Source: Alphaproteobacteria bacterium (GTDB taxonomy: Bacteria > Pseudomonadota > Alphaproteobacteria > UBA9219). Taken from it: a stretch of 64,000 bases of DNA. Position 1 is the stretch's first letter. Each line of letters opens with the position of its first letter. The DNA lies in assembly GCA_009779135.1 (NCBI GenBank), contig WREW01000001.1, positions 784 to 64,783 of the forward strand, written 5' to 3'. Both the position numbers and the translations under genes were made by a program. The notes beneath the pieces are model-generated. The model had not been told where the DNA came from. It did no database searches and saw only the letters and a program-made list of their open reading frames with translations. Below are positions 26,841-36,734 of the stretch, in pieces.

Positions 26841-27661
26841 TCCCCGAAGCTCTACCCCCTTTGCGCGCGGTGATTGACGCGCATAAGCTTGCAACGCGCA
26901 AAGCTCTTGGGCAGCATTTTCTTTTGGATATGAATATCACGCGCGCCATCGTCGCCCGCGCCGCTTTGACGCCCCAGACCCATGTGATCGAAATCGGCCC
27001 AGGCCCGGGCGGCCTGACGCGCGCGCTGCTCGAAAGCCCTATCGCCTCCTGCACCGCGATCGAGCGCGACAAACGCTGCATAGAAGCCCTTGCCCCTCTG
27101 GTAAAAGCCGCCGGTGGGCGCCTGACTTTAATCGAAGAAGACGCGCTGAAAACTTCCCCGCAAACTTTGGTGCCCGCCCCGCGCGCTATTGTGGCCAATC
27201 TTCCCTACAATATCGGCACGCAACTGCTTCTCCAGTGGCTCCCACATGCGGCCATGTTTGAAAGCATGACGCTGATGTTTCAAAAAGAAGTCGCCGACCG
27301 CCTTTTGGCCGCGCCCCATAGCAAAGATTATGGGCGGCTGACTTTGGCCGCGCAGTTTTTTTGTAACATGCAGCGCGTGATGAAATTGCGCGCCGCCGCC
27401 TTCTGGCCGCCGCCCAAAATTGATTCAGCCATGCTTCGCTTCACGCCACGCGCGGATCGCCCTTCGGATGTTGATTTTGAAACGTTCGAGGCCCTGACCA
27501 AAGCCGCTTTCGGCCAGCGGCGCAAAATGCTGCGCGCCGCGCTTAAGTCTTTTGGTGGTGAGGCCTTGCTTGAGCGCGCGCAGATCCCCGCAAGCCGCCG
27601 TGCTGAGGATTTAAGCCTAAAAGATTTTGAAACGCTCACGCGCCTTTTTGCAAATCCTTGA
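26837..27661 (+). CDS. rsmA: 16S rRNA A1518/A1519 dimethyltransferase
   Basis: LGQHFL, EIGPGPGGLT, ANLPYNI, MFQKEVA, AFGQRRKML. Confidence 0.97.
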   Translation: MIPEALPPLRAVIDAHKLATRKALGQHFLLDMNITRAIVARAALTPQTHVIEIGPGPGGLTRALLESPIASCTAIERDKRCIEALAPLVKAAGGRLTLIEEDALKTSPQTLVPAPRAIVANLPYNIGTQLLLQWLPHAAMFESMTLMFQKEVADRLLAAPHSKDYGRLTLAAQFFCNMQRVMKLRAAAFWPPPKIDSAMLRFTPRADRPSDVDFETFEALTKAAFGQRRKMLRAALKSFGGEALLERAQIPASRRAEDLSLKDFETLTRLFANP

Positions 27662-28289
27662 CGAAATGCGCAAGCCCGACCTGACGGCTGCGTTTGAGGC
27701 GCTCGCTCTGCAAAATAGCATGTACAGCCGCGATCGAGGCCTCAAGATCATGGTTGATAATGATATAATCATATTCGGCCCAGTGACTCATTTCATCCGC
27801 AGCCTTGGCCATGCGTCGATTGATCTCTGCCGGCGCATCTTGGGCGCGGGTATGAAGGCGGCGCTCAAGCACCTGCCAGCTGGGAGGAAGAACAAAAATA
27901 CTGACAAGATCATCACGCGCTTTTTCAGCTATCTGCTGCGTTCCCTGCCAGTCAATATCAAACAAAACATCACGCCCTGCGCTTAGTGTTTTCTGAACCT
28001 GATGGAGGGGCGTCCCATAATAATGCCCAAACACTCTGGCATGTTCGAGAAAATCACCGCGATGCGCCATCAAATCAAATGTCTCAGGATCTATAAAATG
28101 ATAATCCCTGCCTTCTTCTTCCCCCGGGCGAGGGCGGCGCGTTGTCATGGAGATGGAAAGGTTGATTTCATCATCAAGATCTAAAAGCCGCCGCGAAATC
28201 GTTGTCTTCCCCGCCCCCGAAGGCGAAGACAGCACAAGCATCAAGCCGCGCCGCTGTATTTTTTCTAAGGCAGGTGAATGTGCCGTCAT
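27636..28289 (-). CDS. gmk: Guanylate kinase
   Basis: SSPSGAGKTT, TTRRPRPGE, YYGT, DIDWQG. Confidence 0.97.
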   Translation of the reverse strand: MTAHSPALEKIQRRGLMLVLSSPSGAGKTTISRRLLDLDDEINLSISMTTRRPRPGEEEGRDYHFIDPETFDLMAHRGDFLEHARVFGHYYGTPLHQVQKTLSAGRDVLFDIDWQGTQQIAEKARDDLVSIFVLPPSWQVLERRLHTRAQDAPAEINRRMAKAADEMSHWAEYDYIIINHDLEASIAAVHAILQSERLKRSRQVGLAHFVKDLQKGA

Positions 28290-28386
28290 TTTTTTCCTTC
28301 AAAAAAAGTGGTAAGGACTTTACATTGTCCGCGCACAAAACGCAATGCCGGCTTGTGCGGCCCCCTCAAACCGCGTAAGGAAAAAG

Positions 28387-29154
28387 ATGAAAAATCCGAA
28401 AAACATCCTGATTACCGGTGCCTCAAGCGGCCTTGGCGCCGCGATGGCTTTGGCCTATGCCGCGCCCGGACAGACCTTGTTTCTGGGCGGACGCAACCAA
28501 ACCCGTCTGGCGGACATCGCGTTGCAAGCGCAGGCGCAGGGTGCGCAGGTCATCACCAAAATTATTGATGTCGCCGATGCGGACGCCATGAAGCTTTGGA
28601 TTGAGGAATCCGATGATTTCTTCGCGCTCGATCTGGTAATTGCCAATGCCGGCATCTCCGGCCTTACGGACGGCCAATCTCAGGACGAGCCTCTTTTAGC
28701 CACCAATGTGCAAGGCGTTCTCAACACGCTGCACCCCGCGCTTGCGCGCATGAAACAAAGGCAAAAAGGCCAGATCGCGCTGATGTCATCGCTGGCTGGC
28801 TTTCGCGGCTTTGCCGGCGCGGCAGGCTATTGCGCAAGCAAGGCCTTTGTGCGCGTTTACAGTGAAGCCCTGCGGCTTGACTGCCGCCCCTATAACGTCG
28901 CCATCAACGTCATTTGCCCGGGCTTTGTCCGCACACCCATGACGGACGTCAATGATTTTACGATGCCCTTTTTGATGGAGCCGACCCGCGCCGCCGCCTT
29001 GATAAAAACCGGCCTTGGAAAAAATAAGGGCCGAATCAGCTTTCCATGGCCGCTTGCCGCCGTGGTAAAGCTCGTCACAATCTGCCCCTCTTCATGGCTT
29101 GATCTTTTTCTGGCCCGCCTGCCGCAAAAGGGGCCAAAGAGCATAAAAAAATAG
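28387..29154 (+). CDS. Short-chain dehydrogenase/reductase
   Basis: ITGASSGLG, ANAG, YCASK (YxxxK), PGFVRTPMT. Confidence 0.92.
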   Translation: MKNPKNILITGASSGLGAAMALAYAAPGQTLFLGGRNQTRLADIALQAQAQGAQVITKIIDVADADAMKLWIEESDDFFALDLVIANAGISGLTDGQSQDEPLLATNVQGVLNTLHPALARMKQRQKGQIALMSSLAGFRGFAGAAGYCASKAFVRVYSEALRLDCRPYNVAINVICPGFVRTPMTDVNDFTMPFLMEPTRAAALIKTGLGKNKGRISFPWPLAAVVKLVTICPSSWLDLFLARLPQKGPKSIKK

Positions 29155-29348
29155 TTTATTTTTCCTTAAAAAAGCCAAAAAAAGAAAGGCGCAGCCATTT
29201 AATGCCCTGAAAAACAATTTTATTATATAATTTTTAAGAAATTATTTTTTTGGTCATTTTCCCCCTTTTTATTGCTTTCGTACTGGAAAATATGGTATAA
29301 TTAAGTAGAATATTTCGAGCAGCCAAATGGTTTTTGGGAGATCGAAAG

Positions 29349-29513
29349 ATGCCGCATTTGAATAAAAAAGCCGTGGAAAAGACCTTTGCTTCCTTCCTTG
29401 ACAAGGATGGCGGCCGCTTTATTGCCTGCATGATCCAGCATAAAAATCCGGAGCCCTCGCGTCCGCTGTGCCACAAATCAGCGTTTAAGGCCCTTTTCGG
29501 CCTTGATCTCTAA
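29349..29513 (+). CDS. Putative 54-aa small protein (below ORF-track cutoff)
   Basis: MPHLNKKAVEKTFASFLDKDGGRFIACMIQHKNPEPSRPLCHKSAFKALFGLDL; GGGAGA RBS; higher GC than its AT-rich flanks. Confidence 0.45.
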   Translation: MPHLNKKAVEKTFASFLDKDGGRFIACMIQHKNPEPSRPLCHKSAFKALFGLDL

Positions 29514-29649
29514 CGACTTGCGGGCATTATCTCGCATTTAATTAAAATCCAACCTATTGATAAAAAAAGAAAAATCGCAATTTCTTTGCGAGATCTTAAT
29601 CTTTTTGCGCTTTAATAAAGCCAGTGCTTCTTTTTTTATGAGGTTTCCT

Positions 29650-29835
29650 ATGAACAAAATGCCTTATGCCGAAACCATGGCGCCTATGACAGCTTTTGAC
29701 ATTACAGCATCGGAAATAGCCTGTGGGCGTTTGGGGCAGCGTGCCCTTCTGTTAGAAGGCACAATGGAGCTTCCGGGCCCCGCCAATGTGGCGCGCGTTG
29801 CGCCCCGTTCTTCCTTTTCGACTCTGGAGCGTTAG
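29650..29835 (+). CDS. Putative 61-aa small protein
   Basis: MNKMPYAETMAP...FSTLER; GAGGT RBS; converges on rho. Confidence 0.45.
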   Translation: MNKMPYAETMAPMTAFDITASEIACGRLGQRALLLEGTMELPGPANVARVAPRSSFSTLER

Positions 29836-29845
29836 CCTCCCGCGC

Positions 29846-31144
29846 TTATTCCCCGCTTCCACGGCGCGGCTTGGCGATGTCGCTTGTGTTCTGACTCATG
29901 GATTCAAAGAAATCCTTGTTGGTCTTGCTGTATTTCAGCTTGTCCAAAAGGAACTCCATCGCTTCCGTGGTGCCCATCGGCATCAACACGCGGCGCAGCA
30001 CCCACATCTTGGACATGGTGCCCTTATCGACCAAAAGCTCTTCCTTGCGCGTGCCTGATTTTGTGATGTCAATCGCAGGGAAGGTGCGGCGATCCGAAAG
30101 CTTGCGATCCAAAATCACCTCAGAGTTGCCGGTGCCCTTGAACTCTTCAAAAATAACCTCATCCATGCGGCTGCCCGTATCGACAAGCGCTGTAGCAATG
30201 ATGGTGAGTGAGCCGCCTTCCTCAATATTGCGCGCCGCGCCGAAGAAGCGCTTGGGCCGCTGCAGAGCATTGGCATCCACGCCGCCCGTCAAAACCTTGC
30301 CCGAAGACGGAACCACCGTATTATAGGCGCGCGCAAGGCGCGTGATACTGTCAAGCAAGATCACCACATCGCGTTTATGCTCGACGAGGCGCTTGGCTTT
30401 TTCAATCACCATCTCGGCCACTTGAACATGGCGCGAGGCGGGCTCATCAAAGGTCGAGCTTATCACTTCACCCTGAACCGAACGCGCCATATCCGTGACT
30501 TCTTCAGGCCGCTCATCAACCAAAAGAACGATCAAAAACACGTCAGGATTGTTCTTAACGATCGCATGCGCGATATTCTGCAGCATCACGGTCTTGCCGG
30601 TACGCGGCGGCGCCACGATCAAAGCGCGCTGCCCCATGCCCAAAGGCGAGATCAGATCAATCACGCGCGTTGTATAATTTTTCTTAGACGGATCTTCAAG
30701 TTCAAGATGAAGGCGGCGATTGGGGAAAAGCGGGGTTAAGTTGTCAAACGCAATGCGGTGGCGCGTTTTTTCCGGCTCTTCAAAATTAATGCGGCCTACT
30801 TTAAGTAGGGCAAAATACCGTTCATTGTCTTTGGGCGCGCGGATCTCGCCTTCAACCGTATCGCCCGTGCGCAGATTGAACTTGCGCACCTGACTGGGCG
30901 AGACATAAATGTCGTCGGGCCCCGCAAGATAATTGGATTCCATCGAGCGCAAAAAGCCAAAGCCGTCCGGCAAGACTTCAAGGACGCCTTCGCCATGGAT
31001 GGCAATATTATTGTCCGCCTGCGCTTTTAAAATCGCAAACATCATTTCCTGCTTGCGCATCGCGCCGGCATTTTCAATCTGATGCTCCTCCGCCAGCGCC
31101 AAAAGGGCGGCAGGGGTCTTTGCTTTTAATTCCCGTAGATTCAT
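29846..31144 (-). CDS. rho: Transcription termination factor Rho
   Basis: [44 protein letters not shown]. Confidence 0.98.
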   Translation of the reverse strand: MNLRELKAKTPAALLALAEEHQIENAGAMRKQEMMFAILKAQADNNIAIHGEGVLEVLPDGFGFLRSMESNYLAGPDDIYVSPSQVRKFNLRTGDTVEGEIRAPKDNERYFALLKVGRINFEEPEKTRHRIAFDNLTPLFPNRRLHLELEDPSKKNYTTRVIDLISPLGMGQRALIVAPPRTGKTVMLQNIAHAIVKNNPDVFLIVLLVDERPEEVTDMARSVQGEVISSTFDEPASRHVQVAEMVIEKAKRLVEHKRDVVILLDSITRLARAYNTVVPSSGKVLTGGVDANALQRPKRFFGAARNIEEGGSLTIIATALVDTGSRMDEVIFEEFKGTGNSEVILDRKLSDRRTFPAIDITKSGTRKEELLVDKGTMSKMWVLRRVLMPMGTTEAMEFLLDKLKYSKTNKDFFESMSQNTSDIAKPRRGSGE

Positions 31145-31346
31145 GATGACCTTGATTGTGTAAGTTTGGAAAACCTGGGCCCTATTCAGGAGGGGCGAAG
31201 TGTCTTTTTGAGCTGAAGAGAGAAAACCGTGAAAGCGGGCAGATCCATCTAAAAACATCCCACACGGCTGAGGGCTGTTCTAGCGGGTTTCCCTGCCCAA
31301 GTCAAAAACAATCTATGGTTAACACCCGAAAAAGGGGCCTTTTTTC

Positions 31347-32279
31347 TTACTTTTCGGTTAAGATTCGCGCTAAATCCTCAAGAAAACAAGGCGCGCAGGC
31401 CGCTGTCGGCACGACCTTATAGGACGGAACCCCCATGCTTTGGGCCAAAACGCGCCCCTCAAGCGCCAGATCACAAAGCGTTTCAACATTTTCACAAGCA
31501 AAGGATAAGGGCACGACCAAAATCGCCCGCCGATCCCGCGCGGCCCGCTCTAAGGCCTCATAAAAAGAAGGGCCAAGCCAGCGCCCCGGGCCTGTGCGGC
31601 TTTGATAGCAAAGCTCCTGCTCCAAAGAGGGCTCAGCCAGCGCCTCGAAGACCGCCTCCTGACTCTGTACACACTGCAAAGGATAAAGCTCGCTCTTCAA
31701 AACATGCCGCACGGGAAGACTATGCGCCGAAAACAAAAGCCGTGTTTTGACGCCTTCCTCCAGCAACGGCCTGATATTCATCGCTATGGCCTGCGCAAAA
31801 CCGGCGCTTTGCGCAAAAGACTCCACCACCTCAACCGGACAGTATGGCAGCAGCCGATCAAGGGCTTTGCGCGCCCGCGCAAGAAAAGCACCTGACGTCG
31901 CAGCGGCATATTGCGGATAAAAAGGCAAAAGAATAACGCGATCAGGCTTATAGGAAACAAGCGCGGCGACAACATCCTCAACAAAGGGCGGCGCATAAAG
32001 CGCGGCCACTTGAACGCGCCAATCTTCCCCCAATAGGCCCTCAAGCCCTTGCGCCTGCGCCTGCATTTCAGGCACCAAGGGCGAACCGCCCCCGATGGCC
32101 ATATACCGCGCGCGCGATTTCGGCGCACGAAGCTGGGCGATGACGGCAGCCAGCAGCTGACGAAACGGCGCGGGCACAGACAAAAGCGCCGGATCGGAAA
32201 ACAAACGAAATAAAAAGCCCTTAACATCTTTTTCCTGCTGCGGCCCGCCCATCGTGCCAAGCAAAACAGCTGTTTTCAT
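31347..32279 (-). CDS. hemH: Ferrochelatase
   Basis: MGGP, YMAIGGGSP, PFYPQY, FSAHSLP, YQSR..WLGP, ETL; coupled to hemE. Confidence 0.9.
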   Translation of the reverse strand: MKTAVLLGTMGGPQQEKDVKGFLFRLFSDPALLSVPAPFRQLLAAVIAQLRAPKSRARYMAIGGGSPLVPEMQAQAQGLEGLLGEDWRVQVAALYAPPFVEDVVAALVSYKPDRVILLPFYPQYAAATSGAFLARARKALDRLLPYCPVEVVESFAQSAGFAQAIAMNIRPLLEEGVKTRLLFSAHSLPVRHVLKSELYPLQCVQSQEAVFEALAEPSLEQELCYQSRTGPGRWLGPSFYEALERAARDRRAILVVPLSFACENVETLCDLALEGRVLAQSMGVPSYKVVPTAACAPCFLEDLARILTEK

Positions 32280-33289
32280 GCGTACCGCCTAACCAGCCCC
32301 ACCAGCTGCTCGACATGCGCGGGCGGCGTTTCCTTGTTGATCCCGTGCCCAAGATTAACGATATGCCGCGCCGGATCAAGCGCCGCCAGAAGATCTCGAA
32401 CCCCGCGCTCCAGCGCCGCCCCGCCTTGCACCAAAAGCGCCGGATCCAAAAGCCCCTGAATCGGACAAAGCGGCTGTAAAACATCGCGCACAAAAAAAAG
32501 CTCCATCTCCTGACCAAGCGACACAGCCGAAAGCCCGCAGTCCCGCGCATAAATCACGCTGTCCTGCGCCCTTGCCCCTCGCGCAAAGCCGATCACCGGC
32601 ACATCAACAAAACGCTGCCTTAACGCCGCCACCAGCCTTTGGGTCGGCTCCACCACAAACTGCGCAAAATCCTGCCCCTCAACAAGTCCGGCATGGCTGT
32701 CAAAAATCTGGATCACCTCAGCGCCGGCCTCAATCTGCGCGGATAAATAATCAACGCTCGCCTCAAGCAAAAGATCCATCAAGGACACAAGCCTGTCTCT
32801 TTCATCCCTTAAAACCCTCATCATCGCGGGAAAACCGGCCCGCGCTGCGCCTTCCACCATATAACAAGCCAGCGTAAACAGCCCGCCTCCGAAACCGATC
32901 AAGGCCACGGCATCATCAAGCTTGCTCCTAAGCGCGGCGATCGTTTCATACACAGGCGCAACGCGCCCTCTATCCCAAGAAAGCCTTTCCCTCTCCCCCA
33001 GCTGCGGCCCACCTTGCGAAGAAAACCCAAGCTTCTGGCCAAGCCCATAGGGCACCAGCAAAATATCAGCAAACATAATGGCGGCATCCAGATCATACCT
33101 TTTCAAAGGCAATAAACTCGCCTGAACGGCCAAAGCGGGATTTAAACAAAAGCGCAGAAAATCCGGCTCCTCGGCGCGCAAATCCATGTAATCCGGCAAA
33201 TAGCGTCCGGCCTGACGCATCAACCATAAAGGCCTGCGCCCCTCAACAAGCCCCTGCCCTGCTAAAAGTTTCAAGAGCGGCTTTTCCAT
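32276..33289 (-). CDS. hemE: Uroporphyrinogen decarboxylase
   Basis: WLMRQAGRYLP, FADIL, QIFDS, NLGHGI. Confidence 0.95.
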   Translation of the reverse strand: MEKPLLKLLAGQGLVEGRRPLWLMRQAGRYLPDYMDLRAEEPDFLRFCLNPALAVQASLLPLKRYDLDAAIMFADILLVPYGLGQKLGFSSQGGPQLGERERLSWDRGRVAPVYETIAALRSKLDDAVALIGFGGGLFTLACYMVEGAARAGFPAMMRVLRDERDRLVSLMDLLLEASVDYLSAQIEAGAEVIQIFDSHAGLVEGQDFAQFVVEPTQRLVAALRQRFVDVPVIGFARGARAQDSVIYARDCGLSAVSLGQEMELFFVRDVLQPLCPIQGLLDPALLVQGGAALERGVRDLLAALDPARHIVNLGHGINKETPPAHVEQLVGLVRRYA

Positions 33290-33662
33290 CTATCCCCACG
33301 AAGATCCCTTCTTAAAAAAATAAAATAAGATTGTAGTAGTAGGTTGGTTGTAGGACAATCGGGGATAGTTTTTATCAAGATTTTACCAACAAACTTACCC
33401 GAAAACACCACCCCGTACGATGTGGTCGCGCACAAAAATGTTAATAAAAGATTTATAACATGGCAAATCAAAGAGGGACAAAACTGTGGATAACGTGAAT
33501 AAAACTGCCCCACGCCCCTTATCCCCATTTCTCACAGAAGGCGGACAAAAAAGCCCACCGACACATAGTGATGTGGACAAAAATCGTATAAGGGGCATTG
33601 AAAGATATCGCCTGCTCAGGCACATTAACTTGTCCACACAATATACCGATTGGTAAAAATCC
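33290..33662. other. Chromosomal replication origin (oriC), predicted
   Basis: Occupies the hemE-DUF299 interval, the usual alphaproteobacterial oriC position. Perfect DnaA box TGTGGATAA at 33485-33493; near-boxes at 33494, 33519, 33572 and 33630; AT-rich tract at 33312-33332 followed by TAGTAGTAG (DnaA-trio-like) at 33334-33342. Confidence 0.8.
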
Positions 33663-34520
33663 GTGAATGAATCCGAAAAAGACGTTTTTCATGTTCACTT
33701 GGTTTCTGACGCAACAGGCGAAACAATCAACAGCATCGCCCGCGCCTGTCTGGCGCAGTTCGAGAATGTTGAAGTCCAACAACATTTTTGGAGTCTTATA
33801 CGCACCCGCCGGCAACTTGATCTTGTCAGCGAAGGCCTACGCCAATGGCCTGGGCTTGTTTTATACACCTTTGTCGATGACACGCTAAGCAAGGCGCTGA
33901 GCGATCTTTGCAATAAAATGGCCCTGCCCTCGCACGCGGTGCTTAATCCCATTCTTAGTTTAATGACAAGCTTTTTCGGTATGCCCTCCTCCAAAGACCC
34001 GGGCCGCCAGCATGTTTTGGATGATGAATATTTCGCCCGCATGGACGCCATGCACTATGCCTTGTCCTTTGATGACGGCAACAAAATGGACAAACTCGGC
34101 AGCGCGGATGTCATTGTGCTGGGCGTTTCGCGCACATCCAAAACGCCGACCTGCATCTATCTGTCCCATCGCGGCATCAAGGCCGCCAATATTCCGATCA
34201 TCCCGGGCCTGCCGCTGAAAATTGACTTTGAGAAACTGAAAAAGCCCCTCATTGTCGGCCTGACGCGCGATCCTGAAAGCCTGATTGAAACGCGCCACGC
34301 CCGCGTGCGTTTTCTTAATCAGACCGAGAAAACCCACTACACCGACCCCGAAAAAGTCCGACAGGAAGTTTTGGACGCCCGCCGCCTTTTTGCAAGGCTC
34401 CGCTGTCCCGTGATTGACGTCACGCGCCGCTCGATCGAGGAAACAGCGGCAGAAATCACCATGCTTTTAACCAAGCGCCGCATGACGGAAGCCATGAGCC
34501 AGAAAGACGCGCCATCATGA
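33663..34520 (+). CDS. Pyruvate,phosphate dikinase/PEP synthase regulatory kinase-pyrophosphorylase (DUF299)
   Basis: HLVSDATGET, DDG, GVSRTSKTP, DVTRRSIEETA. Confidence 0.93.
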   Translation: MNESEKDVFHVHLVSDATGETINSIARACLAQFENVEVQQHFWSLIRTRRQLDLVSEGLRQWPGLVLYTFVDDTLSKALSDLCNKMALPSHAVLNPILSLMTSFFGMPSSKDPGRQHVLDDEYFARMDAMHYALSFDDGNKMDKLGSADVIVLGVSRTSKTPTCIYLSHRGIKAANIPIIPGLPLKIDFEKLKKPLIVGLTRDPESLIETRHARVRFLNQTEKTHYTDPEKVRQEVLDARRLFARLRCPVIDVTRRSIEETAAEITMLLTKRRMTEAMSQKDAPS

Positions 34521-35377
34521 AAGGCCTAACGGGCAAAGCGCGTCTTGCCGGTGTGATGGGGTGGCCTGTTGCGCATTCGCGTTCGCCCTTGATTCATGGC
34601 TATTGGCTAAAGCTCTACAACATAGACGGCGCCTATCTCCCCCTTGCGGTCGAGCCGCGCCATCTTCAAGAGGCCCTCAAAGCCCTGCCGCATCTGGGCT
34701 TTCGCGGCGTGAACCTCACGGTGCCGCATAAAGTCATGGCGCTTGACGTTCTGGATCATGTGGATCCTCTTGCAAAACGCATGGGCGCGGCCAACACAAT
34801 CATTGTCCGCGAAGACGGCACGCTGGAGGGCCGCAACACAGACGGCTTTGGCTTTGTCGAAAACCTCAACGCCGCAGGCTTTTCCTTTTCGGCGCAAAAC
34901 AACAGGGCCGTAATCCTTGGCGCCGGCGGCGCAGCCCGCGCCATCGCCGTGGCCCTGCAAGACAAAGGATTCAAAGATTTTTGCATCATCAACCGCGACC
35001 CCGAACGCGCAAAAAGCTTGGCAAGCGCCCTTGGAGTCCCCGCGCAGATTTTTTCATGGGATCAAACAAAAGAAGCCCTCGAAAACGCCACGCTCCTTGT
35101 CAACACAACATCTTTAGGCATGACAGGCCAGCCTCCGCTGACGCTGGATCTTGCGCCCCTGCCGCCATCGGCCTTTGTCGCGGATGTTGTCTATGCCCCC
35201 CTTGAAACAGAGCTTTTAAAACAAGCCCGCCGCCGAGGCCTTCCAACAGCTGACGGCCTTGGCATGCTGCTGTATCAAGCGCGCGGCGGGTTTGAGGCAT
35301 GGTTTGGGCAGGCGCCAGTTGTCACGCAGGAACTTTACGACCTTGTCGTCCACGATCTTTCCAAGGCGGAGATATGA
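34517..35377 (+). CDS. aroE: Shikimate dehydrogenase
   Basis: HSRSPLIH, NLTVPHK, NTDG, GAGGAARA, GLGMLLYQA. Confidence 0.96.
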   Translation: MKGLTGKARLAGVMGWPVAHSRSPLIHGYWLKLYNIDGAYLPLAVEPRHLQEALKALPHLGFRGVNLTVPHKVMALDVLDHVDPLAKRMGAANTIIVREDGTLEGRNTDGFGFVENLNAAGFSFSAQNNRAVILGAGGAARAIAVALQDKGFKDFCIINRDPERAKSLASALGVPAQIFSWDQTKEALENATLLVNTTSLGMTGQPPLTLDLAPLPPSAFVADVVYAPLETELLKQARRRGLPTADGLGMLLYQARGGFEAWFGQAPVVTQELYDLVVHDLSKAEI

Positions 35378-35982
35378 AAAAAAGAAAAACCATCATTCTT
35401 GGCCTGACCGGCACCATCGGCATGGGAAAAAGTACGGTCATGCGCATGTTTGAAAAGCTCAGCGCGCCATGCCTTGATGCGGATCTTGTGGCGCATGACG
35501 TCATAAAAAACAACCGCACGGCCGCGCGCCAGCTGGCCAAACTTTTCCCCCAAGCGCTGGAAAAGGGCACAATCAACCGCAAAAAACTAGCCGCCGCCAT
35601 TTCAAAAAACCCCGCAGGGCTTTTAAAGCTTGAGGCCATCATCCACCCCCTCGTCATCAAAGCTTGCCGCGCCTTTATCAAACAACACAAAGCAAAACTA
35701 ATCGTCCTTGAAGTTCCGCTTCTTTTTGAAGCGGGCTTTGATCGGCTGTGCGATGTGACGCTGACCGTAAGCGCCAAAGCTGCCACGCAAAAAGAGCGCG
35801 TGATGAAACGCAAACATATGACACCGGCCAAGTTCCGCGCCCTCAATAGCCGCCAGTTTTCCGACAAGGAAAAAAGACAGCGCGCTGATTTCATCATCCG
35901 CACCGACATCAGCCTGCCGGATACGCGCAGGCAAGTGAAAGCGCTTTGGAAAACTTTAGTTGAGGAATCCCCCCATGCGTGA
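35374..35982 (+). CDS. coaE: Dephospho-CoA kinase
   Basis: GLTGTIGMGKST, IIHPLV, VPLLFE. Confidence 0.95.
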   Translation: MKKRKTIILGLTGTIGMGKSTVMRMFEKLSAPCLDADLVAHDVIKNNRTAARQLAKLFPQALEKGTINRKKLAAAISKNPAGLLKLEAIIHPLVIKACRAFIKQHKAKLIVLEVPLLFEAGFDRLCDVTLTVSAKAATQKERVMKRKHMTPAKFRALNSRQFSDKEKRQRADFIIRTDISLPDTRRQVKALWKTLVEESPHA

Positions 35983-36667
35983 AATCGTCCTTGATACGGA
36001 AACCACCGGCTTTGATCCTCTTAAAGATGATCGCATTGTCGAGATCGGCGCGGTGGAGCTGTCGGGCCGCCTCCCCACGGGGCGGCATTTTCACATCTAT
36101 CTCAACCCCGAGCGGGACGTCCCCGAGGATGCCGAGCGCGTCCACGGCCTCAGCACATCCTTTTTAGCGGACAAGCCCGTTTTCGCGCAGGAGGTGGATC
36201 GCTTTTTGGAGTTTATCGGCGATGCGCCGCTTGTCATTCACAACGCATCATTTGATATGAGTTTTATCAACGCCGAGCTTACCCGTTGCGGCTTTCCGGC
36301 GCTGGCGCAAAATCGCGCTATCGACACACTCGCCATGGCGCGCCAAAAGTTCCCCGGGGCGCCCGCCTCGCTGGATGCGCTTTGCAAAAGATTTGATATT
36401 GATCTAAGCGCCCGCACATTCCACGGCGCGCTTTTGGACGCGCAGCTTTTGGCCGGTGTTTATCTGGAGTTATGCGGTGGCCGCCAGCCCGATCTTGATA
36501 TGTCAACGCAGGAAAAAACCGAACAAACAGCGGAAGACGCAGCCCATCAAAACCGCCCCTTCCACCCCCCAAGACCACACGCGCCGACAGAAGAAGAGCT
36601 GGCCGCCCACACGGCCTTCCTAGAAACCCTAAAAACCCCCCTATGGAAACGCAAAGAGGGCGCTTAA
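35975..36667 (+). CDS. dnaQ: DNA polymerase III epsilon subunit
   Basis: LDTETTG, HNASFD, SLDALC, HGALLDA. Confidence 0.96.
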   Translation: MREIVLDTETTGFDPLKDDRIVEIGAVELSGRLPTGRHFHIYLNPERDVPEDAERVHGLSTSFLADKPVFAQEVDRFLEFIGDAPLVIHNASFDMSFINAELTRCGFPALAQNRAIDTLAMARQKFPGAPASLDALCKRFDIDLSARTFHGALLDAQLLAGVYLELCGGRQPDLDMSTQEKTEQTAEDAAHQNRPFHPPRPHAPTEEELAAHTAFLETLKTPLWKRKEGA

Positions 36668-36678
36668 CGCCCCCCCCC

Positions 36679-36734
36679 GCCCCCCTGTCATTGCGAGGAA
36701 GGCCTAAAGGCCTTCCTCGCAATGACAGGGGGGC
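36679..36734. repeat. Family A repeat, internally collapsed to a perfect 27-bp-arm palindrome
   Basis: GCCCCCCTGTCATTGCGAGGAAGGCCT-AA-AGGCCTTCCTCGCAATGACAGGGGGGC between convergent genes. Confidence 0.9.
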
